From contig OZ024750.1 of NCBI GenBank assembly GCA_964016885.1, positions 52,390,001 to 52,454,000 on the forward strand: a stretch of DNA of 64,000 nucleotides, written 5' to 3'. Source of the DNA: Eledone cirrhosa (Eukaryota). Below, in pieces: positions 25,116-36,730 of this stretch. The translations under genes and the position numbers were made by a program. Each line of letters starts with the position of its first letter. The first letter of the stretch is position 1. The notes under the pieces were generated by a model that saw only the letters and a list, made by a program, of their open reading frames with translations, had not been told where the DNA came from and ran no database searches.

Positions 25116-26519
25116 GTCCATTAACATGCCTATAAACGTCAAAACAACGTAAAATATAATTAAAAAAAAAAGAGGGAGCGTCTTATGCGGCAAATACGGT
25201 ATATTGTTATTAATAATTCAACGTTTATATATAAATTCTAGTTGTATAATAAACAATCAAGGAATTATACACAAGCACCTGTGTAGAAATCCATTAGATT
25301 ATTTGCTCCCGCTCCTTTATATTTCTCCTAGCTGTATTTATCAGCAGCCCCTTTCTTATAATGACCCACATTCGATTCTCGTTCAAAATTTATCGCGGCT
25401 CCCATATTTTATAATTATTTAGTAGTAGTTGTTAATTTCTACGTGTCATAGTGTTGCTCACTCTTCATTTTACTCAGTAGTACTTGTTCTCTCTCAAACG
25501 TGATGTTTAAAACTATTTGGAAGTTTGTAATATTTAAGAGATGAGATGTTATGTTTGTGTATATTTATATCGTGTTACCTGGCTTTATATTTCATACAAA
25601 TCTACATATGTGTGCCTCTCTCTCTCTGTGAGATAATCGTTTCTAGCATTCTTTTATTCGTTTATTGGATTGAATTATTAGACTGCGGCTATGCTGGAGC
25701 TTCGCCTTTGAGGGAGTTAGTCAAGCATATCGGGCCCCAGTATTTTTAAAACTCTGATAATTATTTTATCGATCTATTTCTGTCGAACCACTAGAACATC
25801 AAGAGTAGACGTAAACACAGACACGCACACCAAACATTGTATATGTGTGTACACACTTACACACATCATATATATCACCGTTTTACGTCCATGTTTCCAT
25901 GTTGGACGAGTTATCATGTTGTGAGCAGGTCAGGTGACCGTGTTTTCCTCATACAGAAGCGATTTTGGCTTGGTTTCTACAGCTGGATGCCCTTCCTAGC
26001 GTCAACCTCATTTACAGTGAGTACAGGGTGCTTTTTGTCGTGTCGCCATCATGACCACTTTACAATGTGTGTATGTATATATATATGAAAGTATGTAAGC
26101 TGCTACAAAGCTGGTTTGACAATTAAATAGTCAAACAAGTTGGGCATATAAATCCCTACAGTCGCCAAAAAGTGGATAGAACCACCTTTGGGAATCAATC
26201 TCCCATCTGTTGTATGTAGGGCACTGCACTCTAGGTTCAATTCCCACCAAGGTAAACTTTGCCTTTCATCCTTTCTAGGTTGATCATAAAGCACCTACCA
26301 GTTCAAAATGGTAGATTAGTGGAATTGTCAGTGTTGGGTAACATGTCCTACGGTATGTGTGCTCTTCTCAGTGTTGGGTAACATGTCCTATGGTATCTGT
26401 GCTCTTGTCAGTGTCAGGTAAGATGTCCTACAGTATCTGTGGTAGCTCTGTGCACTCTCAATTTAAGTCCTGCTGCCTCCTGTCACTGAAAAAAAAAAAA
26501 ATGATGATAGTATAGGGCT

Positions 26520-27560
26520 GTGACCCCTATACTTAAAACACTTGTGAGATGCAATCTTATAGTTGAAGGCGAAGAACTAGCTTATCGATTGCCAACTGGA
26601 TGTCAGAATCGCTATATCATCAGCATAGTCCAGGTCCGACAGCGCGAAATTACGGCCCACTGTGACACCAGGAAAGTTCATGAGCGCATGGGTGGTGATC
26701 CAATCAATAGTATAATTGTACAAGGTAGGCAACAGAACACAGCCTTGTCGAACGCCGGAGCAGATGTCGAAGAACTGGGATTCTTGACCATAAGCGTGGA
26801 CCTTAGTGCAGGTAGAAAGATAGTAGGATTTTAGCAGGTCAAGGAGTTTCGGTGGTATACCATCTGCATGCATAACCTTCCAAAGGGCTCCACGATTGAC
26901 TAAATCAAAAGCAGCGGTAAAATCTATGAAGCAGATGAGGGTCTTCTGCTGATAGCACCAGCGATGCTCAAGCACCCGACGCAGCGTAAAAATCTGATCT
27001 GTACACCCTCGACCAGGACGAAAACCACATTGATTTGGCCTTGTGCATGAATATTGTTGATTTTGAAATCGTTTTAGCAATATGGTAGTGAATATCTTAG
27101 CGGCAATGTCGATTAGGCTTATACTGCAGTAGTTGCTGCAACAGTGTTTATTGCCTTTCTTGAAAAACGGAATATGTCAGAAGAGTATTTAAAAATCTCA
27201 GCAGGAATACCATCTCCAGACACTTTTTTTTTTTTTTTTTTCCATCTCGAATTCTGCAAACTGTGCATGCTGCAAAATCTCCTTCCAGCAGGCTCTTCTC
27301 ACGAGGCATCTTCGCTGGCTTGGTCATGCTCTCTGTTGACAACCGGGCGACTTCATCCATGAAGCCATTGATCCATCTCCTCCGTTGGGATGGAGGAAAC
27401 GTCGTGGAGGCAAACTGAAAATGTAGCTTAGATCTTAGACCCACATCTGTATGGGGTTCGGCAATGGAACCGCGAATGACTGATACTCATATCTTTGATA
27501 GCGTCGAACCGTCGTGCTTGGTCGGCCTTTATTCGGAATATAGTAAATTCGACCCAGGGT
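26520..27560 (-). mobile_element. Internally deleted RTE LINE fragment (RT)
   Basis: ORF 26577..27080: NQCGFRPGRGCTDQIFTLRR, FIDFTAAFD, GVRQGCVL, LDYADD. Confidence 0.85.
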
Positions 27561-27704
27561 GAATGCTGCCACACACACACACACACAATCTTACAGGTGG
27601 GCGGTTAAACCTGGAAAAGTGGTGATAGTAGGCCTGCTAAACCTGCATTGGTGTTTGCTGTAACAACGAATATCTCAGTTCTGATGATTGAAAATTGAAT
27701 GAAT

Positions 27705-28030
27705 ACGATTTAGTGTTTGAAACGTCGGGCTTACAATCGTGAGGTTGTGTGTTCGATTCTCAGTCCGGGATTTGCATTGTGTTCTTGAGCAAGACACTTT
27801 ATTTCACATTGCTCCAGTTCACTCAGCTGTAGAAATGAGTTGCAACGTCGCTGGTGCCAAGTTGCATCGGCCTTTGCTCTTCCCTTGGACAACATCGCAT
27901 AGAGAGGGAAGATTGGTAGGCATGGGTGATTACTTACCTTCCACAAACAACCTTGCCCAGACTTGGGCCTCGGAGGGGAATTTTCTAGGTGCAAATCCCA
28001 TGGTCATTTGTGACGGAAGGGGTCTTTACA
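27705..28030 (+). mobile_element. tRNA-derived SINE family B
   Basis: B box GTTCGATTC, central TTCTTGAGCAAGACACTTTATTTCACATTGCTCCAG; antisense copy at 39060-39385. Confidence 0.8.
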
Positions 28031-28086
28031 CTTACTTCCTAACATTAGGTACCATGAGTGAATTTGGTAGATGGGCCAATAAAACT

Positions 28087-28117
<31 letters not shown>

Positions 28118-29681
28118 CTTGCTTAAACAAGTCCCACGGCTCAGTGATTAGAAGTGCAAATATCCATACCTTTCAAAAGTGATGCTCATCTGGCTGGAGA
28201 TTGTTTCATGTGGTATGAAGTACAAGATGGAGTGGCTGTGACAGGGTTAACCCACAGCTGCTGTTGGTAGTCATCCTTTCAGTAACCTGAAGCAATGTGA
28301 AATGAAGTGTCTTATTCAAGGATACAATGTGTCAATCTTCCTAATTGAACATATCACTACCATGTAGCACTGCACTTACACATGCTATACACAGTCTGTC
28401 TTATAAAAGAACTGTATGTTTGCAGCAGGCTTGTTCTACTCTTTATTTACTGTAGTTTTCCATACAACCACTGCAGCACTGATGACCTAGGTAAGAGAAG
28501 CTATCAACTACATGGCTCCTGATTTCTGGTCCACAGTCCCCCAAGCACTTGTGAGCTTGTCGAGTAGTTACACAATTCAAAAGCTAGGGTTCTGAGAGGA
28601 GAATTTATTTATAAGAATAGGGTCGTTGTTAGAAATCATTAATCTATCAGATCTTAATTCTTGTTTGTCTACCAGAGTTCATTTCACTGCTTCATGTGTT
28701 CATTGTTTATACTGAACGCATAGTATCAAATTGTTACATATTGTATCAGATGGCACTATCTGTTCTACCTTACTAACTGGAACTTTTGTCTCTTCATATT
28801 GACTCTTAGGCCTTTGGACTGTAAACATTTCATAGATTCTACACACAATAAGAGAACCATGTTGTGAATATATAAAAGTTAATGGTAGCATGCAATCTAA
28901 AAAAATAAGAACTTTTGTGATTGTAATAATCCAACTAGCTCATGTCGACAAGTAGATGTCAAATAATAATGATGGAAGTTTTCTTTCAATTGTCTCAGTA
29001 GAAACATGGCGTCTGTGGTTCAAAATTTTGATATTAACTTATCTCTTATCTATTCTATCTTATACAACTTCATGGTGAAAATTTGTAGTATTAAAGTAAA
29101 GACTTCAATTTTTAATGTGGTGCAGTCATAGTGCTGTTTTGTACTTTTCAAGAATGTTTTGCTCATGTGGTACAGGATGTTAAAAGTTAAATGCTATCTT
29201 ATACTAACATTGCAAAGACTTCACTCTATTTTCACTCTATGTTCCAGCCGACAAGCTGAGGCCATGTTGGGGCAACTATTTTCAAGATATTTTCTTACAG
29301 TTCAAAGCCTCTAAAACTAGTATGTGACTTATCTAGTGGACCTACAGAACTGTAGTTCAAAATATATGGTACATTGTAAATATGGTATATAAAATGGAAG
29401 ACTTATCTGCTGGACCTACAAAACCCCAGACTGTGTGGTAAAGTAGAGGTGTGATTTATACACAAGTATATAGGGTTATATAGCTAGTCCCTCTTTACTA
29501 TCCTACTTATGATAGCACTTTCAATAGCACTTTTAAACTATTTTATTATCACTACTGGCTTTTTGAAGACCTCTTCAATTATATTGTTTTATTTTTTGTT
29601 CTTTTTTTGTTTTGTTGATATATATAGTTCGAAATAATAAATGCTGGAGTAAATATTACATAGTGTTAACATAGTGTAAAC

Positions 29682-30200
29682 AACACCCCCACCCCACTCT
29701 CACTTGGTGAGAGTGGGGTGGGGGTGTTTACAACGTTTCGGAACATAAGTCCTTCATCAGGCTTCATCAGGAGAGGGGGAAGTTAGCGGAAAAAACATGA
29801 AAGGACAAAAAAATAGAAATAAAAATAAATATAAAACATGAAGAAAATAAATAGAAACAGAATTAAATGGAATATATAAAGAAAACACAATAAAAACAAA
29901 AACTATTAAAAAGTGAGAGGGGTGTATGGATCCAGGAAGGCACAGGGGTGGGTGGAGGGTGAAAGGGAGGGAGGAAGGAAAAATGGAGTCCGAGCAGGGA
30001 TGGCGGAAGGTGAGGTGTGTAGATGTCTGTGTATGCATGGATGTAAGTGTGAGAGTCTGGGAGAAAGCGAGTGTATGTGATTGTGGGTTTTGAAAAATCA
30101 TTGTCTGCGTATAGTCTCTATGGGTGTAGGCGTGTGTGTGTGAAAGAGCTGGATATAAATATATATATATAAATTTGAGTTTGTGTTGGTTGCTTATTGA
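29682..30200 (-). mobile_element. Penelope-like terminal region with hammerhead core and perfect 22-bp hairpin
   Basis: Minus strand: pyrimidine-rich tract, CCTGATGAAG duplicated, CTGATGA-AGGAC-TTAT-GTTCC-GAAAC-GTT-GTA (29729-29760); hairpin 29682-29728. Confidence 0.55.
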
Positions 30201-31780
30201 CACTTAAGTATGCAGGTTAGAATACTCAATGAAGTGTGCAGGTGAGTCTGTTTCCTCCAGAGTAATTTAAAATAAGAAGTGTAATTCAACAGGTTAAAAT
30301 TAGCTGCCTGATGAGGGCATAACTATTGAATATATATTGCAGTGAATATGAATAATCAAAGTTAATTTTAACCTGTTGACTTACACTTGTTATATATATA
30401 TCCTCCTGTTTGGCCTGAAGTGGGGTCCTTTCTTGCTCACACCTCACTCGCGTTGCACGGTCTGTTGTCTCTCGCTCATGAAATCCACACAGCTTAAGCT
30501 GATCGGACTCCCATGTGCTTGTTTTTTCCTATCTTTGCGTTGCTATCCTTCTATGTTTGTTTACTTGTCTCGCTCGCTTTACGCGATTTACTTGTCCCAA
30601 TAGCTTTATTTAGCTATTGCTCGCACCAACTGGAGGTATATGATTTTTAAAGCGATGAAATACCAATGAAGGTTGGAAAATCACTGATGAAGGACTATTT
30701 TTATCATATGTAACCCATGTGCAACCACGCAATATTCATTCTTCTCATGTTTTATATATATATATATATATATATTTAATATAGTGGTGTGTTCATGTGC
30801 AGAAATGCTACAAAATAGCTTATAAAATAGGGTGAAGACCCTTAAAGATGGAAAAAGTAGTTATCATTGGCTGCTACAAGGAATTGAATCTCATGTAGCT
30901 GTTATCTGGGAAATAGAAGGTCCAATTTCATCTTTAAGGTTCTTCACCCTATTATATAGCATTTCTGTGCACACCTCTCTTTATATTACCTTTATCCCCT
31001 CAGAGCTTCATAAAAGTGAGAGAGCAGTTATGTATACTCGATATATATATATTACTTAGTTGGAAGGAAGGACAGTACCCATGGCCCTTTTCAGAACCTC
31101 CAACACTGATTGGAGACTTGGTGCAAATGCTTGCAACAGAGTGAACTCTCCTCAAGGTCATGTGGTGATGTCAGTGATTTAAGAGTACGTTCCAAGTAAA
31201 CCACAGCACCAAAATGTAAGGAGCTAAAACAAACACACAATGTTGTGATTCCTCTGTAGCCTTGGTTCTTCATCATTTTTATATGTTTGCATGAGTTAAT
31301 CCTCTCCAGTACATCATCTCTCTACTTATCTCACAAATATACTGTATTTTATGTCTTTTATCCTTACAGTAGACAATATTAGCTAACCTACTACTTTTAG
31401 GGTTTTTCCTGGTTACCATATCTCTACTTTCACTCCCTTTCCCCATCCTTCCAGGCTTCTTTTAATCTGCTTCTTATCAAAATAGCTGTCATCTACTGCG
31501 AATTGAAATTTATACCTAACTGATGGAGTTTTAATATCTATCCATCTAACTTTATTTATCTCTGAAGTTAGAAACCCCTCATCTATGTTGTGGATGGGTG
31601 TCACTTTCCTTACTGGCTGAAAAGAGAGAGCAAGAGAGAGTCTTGTTATTCATCTTTTGTTTATCTTTTCTTCTTGTAAACACCAAGTTGGAGTCTTAGA
31701 CAACCAGATTGCTGTCTCATGTTTCTAAAATGTTGTAAATGATAAAATTATTCAAGAGCTTCGTTCCCTCTTCATCTTAA

Positions 31781-32000
31781 CCCTTTTGTTACCATATCAT
31801 TTTCAAATAATTTTGAAAATAATCAAGAACTTATTAATTATATAAACTGGTGTTTGGAGCATAACTTAAGAAAAGGTTCTTATAAAAAATTATGATGGTT
31901 TTTAAATAAAAATCATGATGGAAGGTTTTTAGACAAAAATAAACAGCTTAGTATTATATTAGAACCATGGCTGGTTTCAGACAATTTAGTATTAAAAGGG
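31781..32000. mobile_element. piggyBac-type MITE (TTAA|CCC...GGG|TTAA)
   Basis: TIR CCCTTTTGTTAC / GTATTAAAAGGG with TTAA TSD; degenerate relatives near 875-1080, 19400-19600, 42890-43075, 50160-50345, 56755-57016. Confidence 0.7.
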
Positions 32001-32129
32001 TTAAGCCAGACCAGCCCTCATATTTGCCAGTATGTTCATCCTAAGTCTCTCTCTCTCTCTATTCCAATTGCATATTTGATGTATTAGATCCAAAGATACT
32101 CTAAGATTTATTTAAGATTTACCTAGCTG

Positions 32130-32670
32130 GATTTGTCTGGAAGGGCTTTATCCACAAAATATTGCCTCAAGAAAGACACCATGATGAGTATGAAGGGAAA
32201 TTGACTAAAACATCTACTGTAGATACTAATATATTCAGTCATTGTTTTAGTCCAGGAGAATAAATCATCAGGTGGTGTCCAACTATCCTCAGGTGTTTTA
32301 AACAGTGTTTTCCACTTTACAGAGAGGCAGTGATTGCCAGTCACTGCTGATCTGGCTTCCAGTTCAACTCTTCTCACTTCAGAACTAACATAAGGTTCCT
32401 TCTGCTGCATCCCTCAATCTACCACCTGCTGTCTTCCTCTTTCTTGCTATTTCCAGAGTTGTAAGTATTTTCCACATATACTGTGCTGGGAAATACCCCA
32501 GCCATCCTTACTTTGTTGAACCAGGGGTTGGTATTTGATGGCCTTCCTTTCCAGGGCATCTTCACATTCATCTTTCTATGGGACCACCAGTTCAATTAGA
32601 ATGATCTTCTCCTCCTCAAACCATATGATCATATCAGGCCTCAGGGATATTTGGTAGACCTGGAGAAAAG
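32130..32670 (-). mobile_element. 3' fragment of a restriction-like-endonuclease non-LTR element (HERO/R2 group)
   Basis: Minus-strand translation (across frameshifts) LRPDMIIW..ILIELVVP*KDECEDALERKAIKYQPLV..DAAER, matching the PD..(D/E) REL motif context. Confidence 0.65.
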
Positions 32671-32875
32671 TACATTTTAGTGAAACACTAAAACAATATT
32701 TCTGGCCAGATTAATGAAGAATTATCTTATAATTTATTGAGGTGTTTGGATGATTATGTGCATGAGATTCTGAATAACAAGACTCTTGCTCTCTCTTTAC
32801 ACCCAGCAAGGAATGGTTAGAAATTTGAAATGCTAGAATCCAAACACAGAAATCGCTATAAATAACAATAGCTGT

Positions 32876-32976
32876 AGAAAATCGAGTAAAATACCCTTAT
32901 GGACAGAAAAAAGTGGCCAGCAGCAGCTACTACAGTGTATTGGCTACTGTTCCTAAGGGTATTTTACCCAATTTTC
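32876..32976. repeat. Short fold-back / MITE-like element with ~31-bp imperfect arms
   Basis: AGAAAATCGAGTAAAATACCCTTATGGACAG vs CTGTTCCTAAGGGTATTTTACCCAATTTTCT. Confidence 0.6.
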
Positions 32977-33675
32977 TGAAGAATCATGTTTACATCAATC
33001 TTACTTCCATTAACTAGTAAAATGATGGCTACAATATCTGTTAAAGTTAAGTAGTTTCACATCTATATTTCTATATAAGTATGAGTGGATTTGAATGGCA
33101 GCTAACTGCTTACCTATAAAGTAGAAAGTTGAGAACCCATTTGTCTCCAAGCCAGGGAGTAGATGGTTGGGCCAGTTGCAGTGGGCTACACATCTCAAGT
33201 TACTTTATTCTCTTATGTTACTAGTAAGTATACCATGTAAATATATACCAGTTAACAAATTATAAATAATATCTATTTAGCATCAAATACTTAATGAGTT
33301 GTTTGAAATGGGGTTTTATATTTCACTTCTGGTCTCAACCAAATACCAGCTTTGCATGGGCCTGCACCTAAGTAAACTGGAATAGGTAGGGTGGTCCAAC
33401 ATGTTCACATCACAGCTTTTGTTGCCATATCTCTCTCTCTCTCTCCTAGTTTTATAATACAGTTTCATATTTATACTCCATCAGATTGAGTCATACTTGT
33501 AATCAATTTCACTAACACATATTCAACATCTCACTAGCTAATTAATCTAATTAATGAAGTGTATTCAATGTTAATTGAATAATAAATTTATTAATGATTT
33601 CTCATATTAGTGCAGGGCCAAATATTTTTATAAAAGTCTAAATATAGTGGCCCAAGTCCATGCCTCTTCTTGATA

Positions 33676-33933
33676 GATGAGGGGGTGTATATGTAGGGAT
33701 GTAGATAAATATGATGAGGGGGTGTATATGTAGGGATGTAGATAAATATGATGAGGGGGTGTATATGTAGGGATGTAGATAAATATGATGAGGGGGTGTA
33801 TATGTAGGGATGTAGATAAATATGATGAGGGGGTGTATATGTAGGGATGTAGATAAATATGATGAGGGGGTGTATATGTAAGGATGTAGATAAATATGAT
33901 GAGGGGGTGTATATGTAGGGATGTAGATAAATA
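33676..33933. repeat. 37-bp minisatellite x7
   Basis: GATGAGGGGGTGTATATGTAGGGATGTAGATAAATAT, almost identical copies. Confidence 0.95.
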
Positions 33934-35254
33934 TTTGTTTCTGTTACTGCCATCACTGTAATGATACAACTATAGTTGTATTTAATATAGAATCTTGGCT
34001 CAACTAGCAAACATCATTGTCATTCACCTGAGGCCATAGTAATTGGAATACCTGATCTATGAAGTAATAACGGAAGGAGCTGACTTAACATACAGGATAA
34101 GGCAGTTGCCTGGCATGTGGCAGGTGTGGGTTTCATTCTTGCAGGTCACTGTCCAGTTTTTCCCACCCCTAAGGGTTTACATACCCTACTTGTTTCATTA
34201 TCTTATAGTTAAAGCTGTGTTGTAGCAGCTTACAATAAACTAACATACTTTCAACACCTCATAAAACGATTGTTTTTTTAACCAAATGTTTTAGAATACA
34301 TCTAGTTCCATATCTCACTGTTCATAAGACAGTGCTCTCTACACTCTCAGCTCATATTCCACCAAGGTCAACTTTGCCTGTCATCCTGTTGGGATCAAAA
34401 ACTAAAGTACTGAGGTTAATTTTTATTTTCTCTGAAGTAGTTGACTATGTACAGACCCTGTGAGGGATGGTCTCCAGGTTTTTAATGCCTGTGATATGTC
34501 TCAACTGTACCTCTACAACATCAAGTGTTGAAAGCTCAGGGAAGGAAAGATCTCACTGGATTGACAACTTTCATTGCTTGAGGATTGCTGAAATATTGGT
34601 TATATCCAACTTCATTAAGTATGTTAGGTGCAGGGTGTTTTCAACCCAGTGAATCTTGTGTTCAGTTTTAGTAGACAGAGGCCCCACGATTCTTTTAGAA
34701 AGTTTGTAGTTTAAAGAAGTCGTTTAGCTCCAAGATCATTAATTAAAGGTATTCCAGTTATTTTCAGTCAACTAAAGTCAAGACTTTAATTTTAAATGTG
34801 ATGTAGTCATAGTACTGTTGTAATATGATGTAGTCGTAGTACTGTGGTAATATAATGTAGTTATAGTACTGCCTTGCTAATGTTGGTTAAGAGCAAATGC
34901 TCCGAACCCATTGATCCAGTATCCCACCACCAACAATATGTGACTATATCCCACCATCCCAGTATTCCTGTACCAATAATATGTGACTGTATCCCACCAT
35001 CCCAGTATTCCATTCTACCACTTCTGTTCACTATTGTTCTTTAGTCTTGGTTCTTCAGTGAGGTATTTTGTCATATTCATGTGAAAGAAAGTTTATATAG
35101 ATTTCAGGTTTTAATTGACAAATATAATTTTTTCAGGGATTTTCACACAGATGCCCAATGTTGGGGACTATATGCATGGCAGGAGGTCAGGCGGTGTCAT
35201 GGCAGTGGAAAGATTCTGTTAAAATGTGTGTTGCAATTTGATGTAATGACAGAA

Positions 35255-35392
35255 CATAGAAGTCACTCAGTCATGCAACAGTACAATATAGAAGTCACTC
35301 AGTCATGTAACAGTACAATATAGAAGTCACTCAGTCATGTAACAGTACAATATAGAAGTCACTCAGTCATGTAACAGTACAATATAGAAGTA
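35255..35392. repeat. 32-bp minisatellite x4
   Basis: AGAAGTCACTCAGTCATGTAACAGTACAATAT. Confidence 0.9.
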
Positions 35393-36395
35393 GTTTGTCA
35401 ACAACCTTAATTATTGGAATAATCCTCTGCTTTCTAATTATTGCTTTGGTAACCATGTGGTTTCATATTCCATTACACTATATGAGACCTTGGGAAAGTG
35501 TATTCTAAGATAGCCTTAGGCCAACTAATGCATTGTCAGTGAACTTGACGAAAATTGTAAGGAAATCCATTGCATGTGCATAATATATGTGTGTGTGTGT
35601 GCCAGTCACCGCGTGCCTTTTCATAACAATACCATCTAAAACAAGCAGTGACATTTGTTTATGTCTCTCATAAACAATATATCATGCAAGCTCAGCAGTT
35701 TGATGATGGTTAACAGTATAAGAAGGTACAGTATCCAGCACTACCTTGAAAAATTTTGTCCAACCCATACAAGCATGGAAAAGTGGCTGTAAAAATGATC
35801 ATCATTGTTATGTCCATTTTTCATACTGGATGGGCAGCTTCCCTGCACTTATTCTATTCGTTCATCTCTTCTGTGAGACTCAGCTATTTGAAATCAGCCT
35901 TCACCACTTCAGCTCAGGTTTTCATCAATCTTCCATTTGGAGTTCCTAGCATTTCTTCACTCAACAGTTGTCATCCATACATATAACATGTCTATACCGG
36001 TAGAATCTTCTCTCTTACTATATCTGATTCCCTTTATGCCCAATTTTGCCTTTGACTTATCTACACTTCATCATTCATGCACATTAACATTACACTGTTC
36101 TTTGTAAACTTCACATATCCTCTGCATTCAATACCCATGTCTCATTACTAGATATTTATCATTAACTCTTAATACTTTGCAATGATTTAGCATAAAATAT
36201 CTAAAAGTGAGTTTATTAATACAAATGTTTGTAGTATTTTGTGAACATATTCAGTATTAGTTAGAGTAAAGACTTTAATTTTTAATGTAATGCAGTTATA
36301 GTTCTGTTTTGTACTTAGGAAGAATGTCTTGCTAATGTCATGCAGTAAAGGATGTCAAAGAATATCTTGTTTTATTTGCAGCTTTTTATTGCACC

Positions 36396-36730
36396 ATGCC
36401 AGCCATTAAACTTAAGAGAGTGACAGCAGAATACCTGGCTGAAAAATCTGCACAGCAATCTAAGGCAGCAGCTGCAGCAAGTACAGCTGCATCTACTGCA
36501 ACACCATCTGCAACAGATGAAGAGGCTTCAAACAGATCAGAATCCAGTGCAGCAGCAACTCCAGCTACACCTACTAAGACAGACTCAAAAAATAAAACTA
36601 AGCAGACTGCCTCTGAGACACCCAAGACTGGTGGCGCTGGATCCAAGATTCTTGCTAAATTAGATGACACAGTCCTCACTGAGAAACGTAAAAGAAATGT
36701 TCCTGCTGCTGAACTCAAGTTGATGGAATG
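36396..36730 (+). CDS. HP1BP3: Coding exon 1 (Ala/Ser/Thr/Lys-rich N-terminus)
   Basis: Acceptor TTTGCAG at 36381, Kozak CACCATG, donor TG|GTTTGT. Confidence 0.75.

Noticed and set aside
27140-27560. Poly(A)-tailed retrocopy on the minus strand
   Set aside because: Sequence appears to be the upstream part of the same decayed RTE; the A-run is internal
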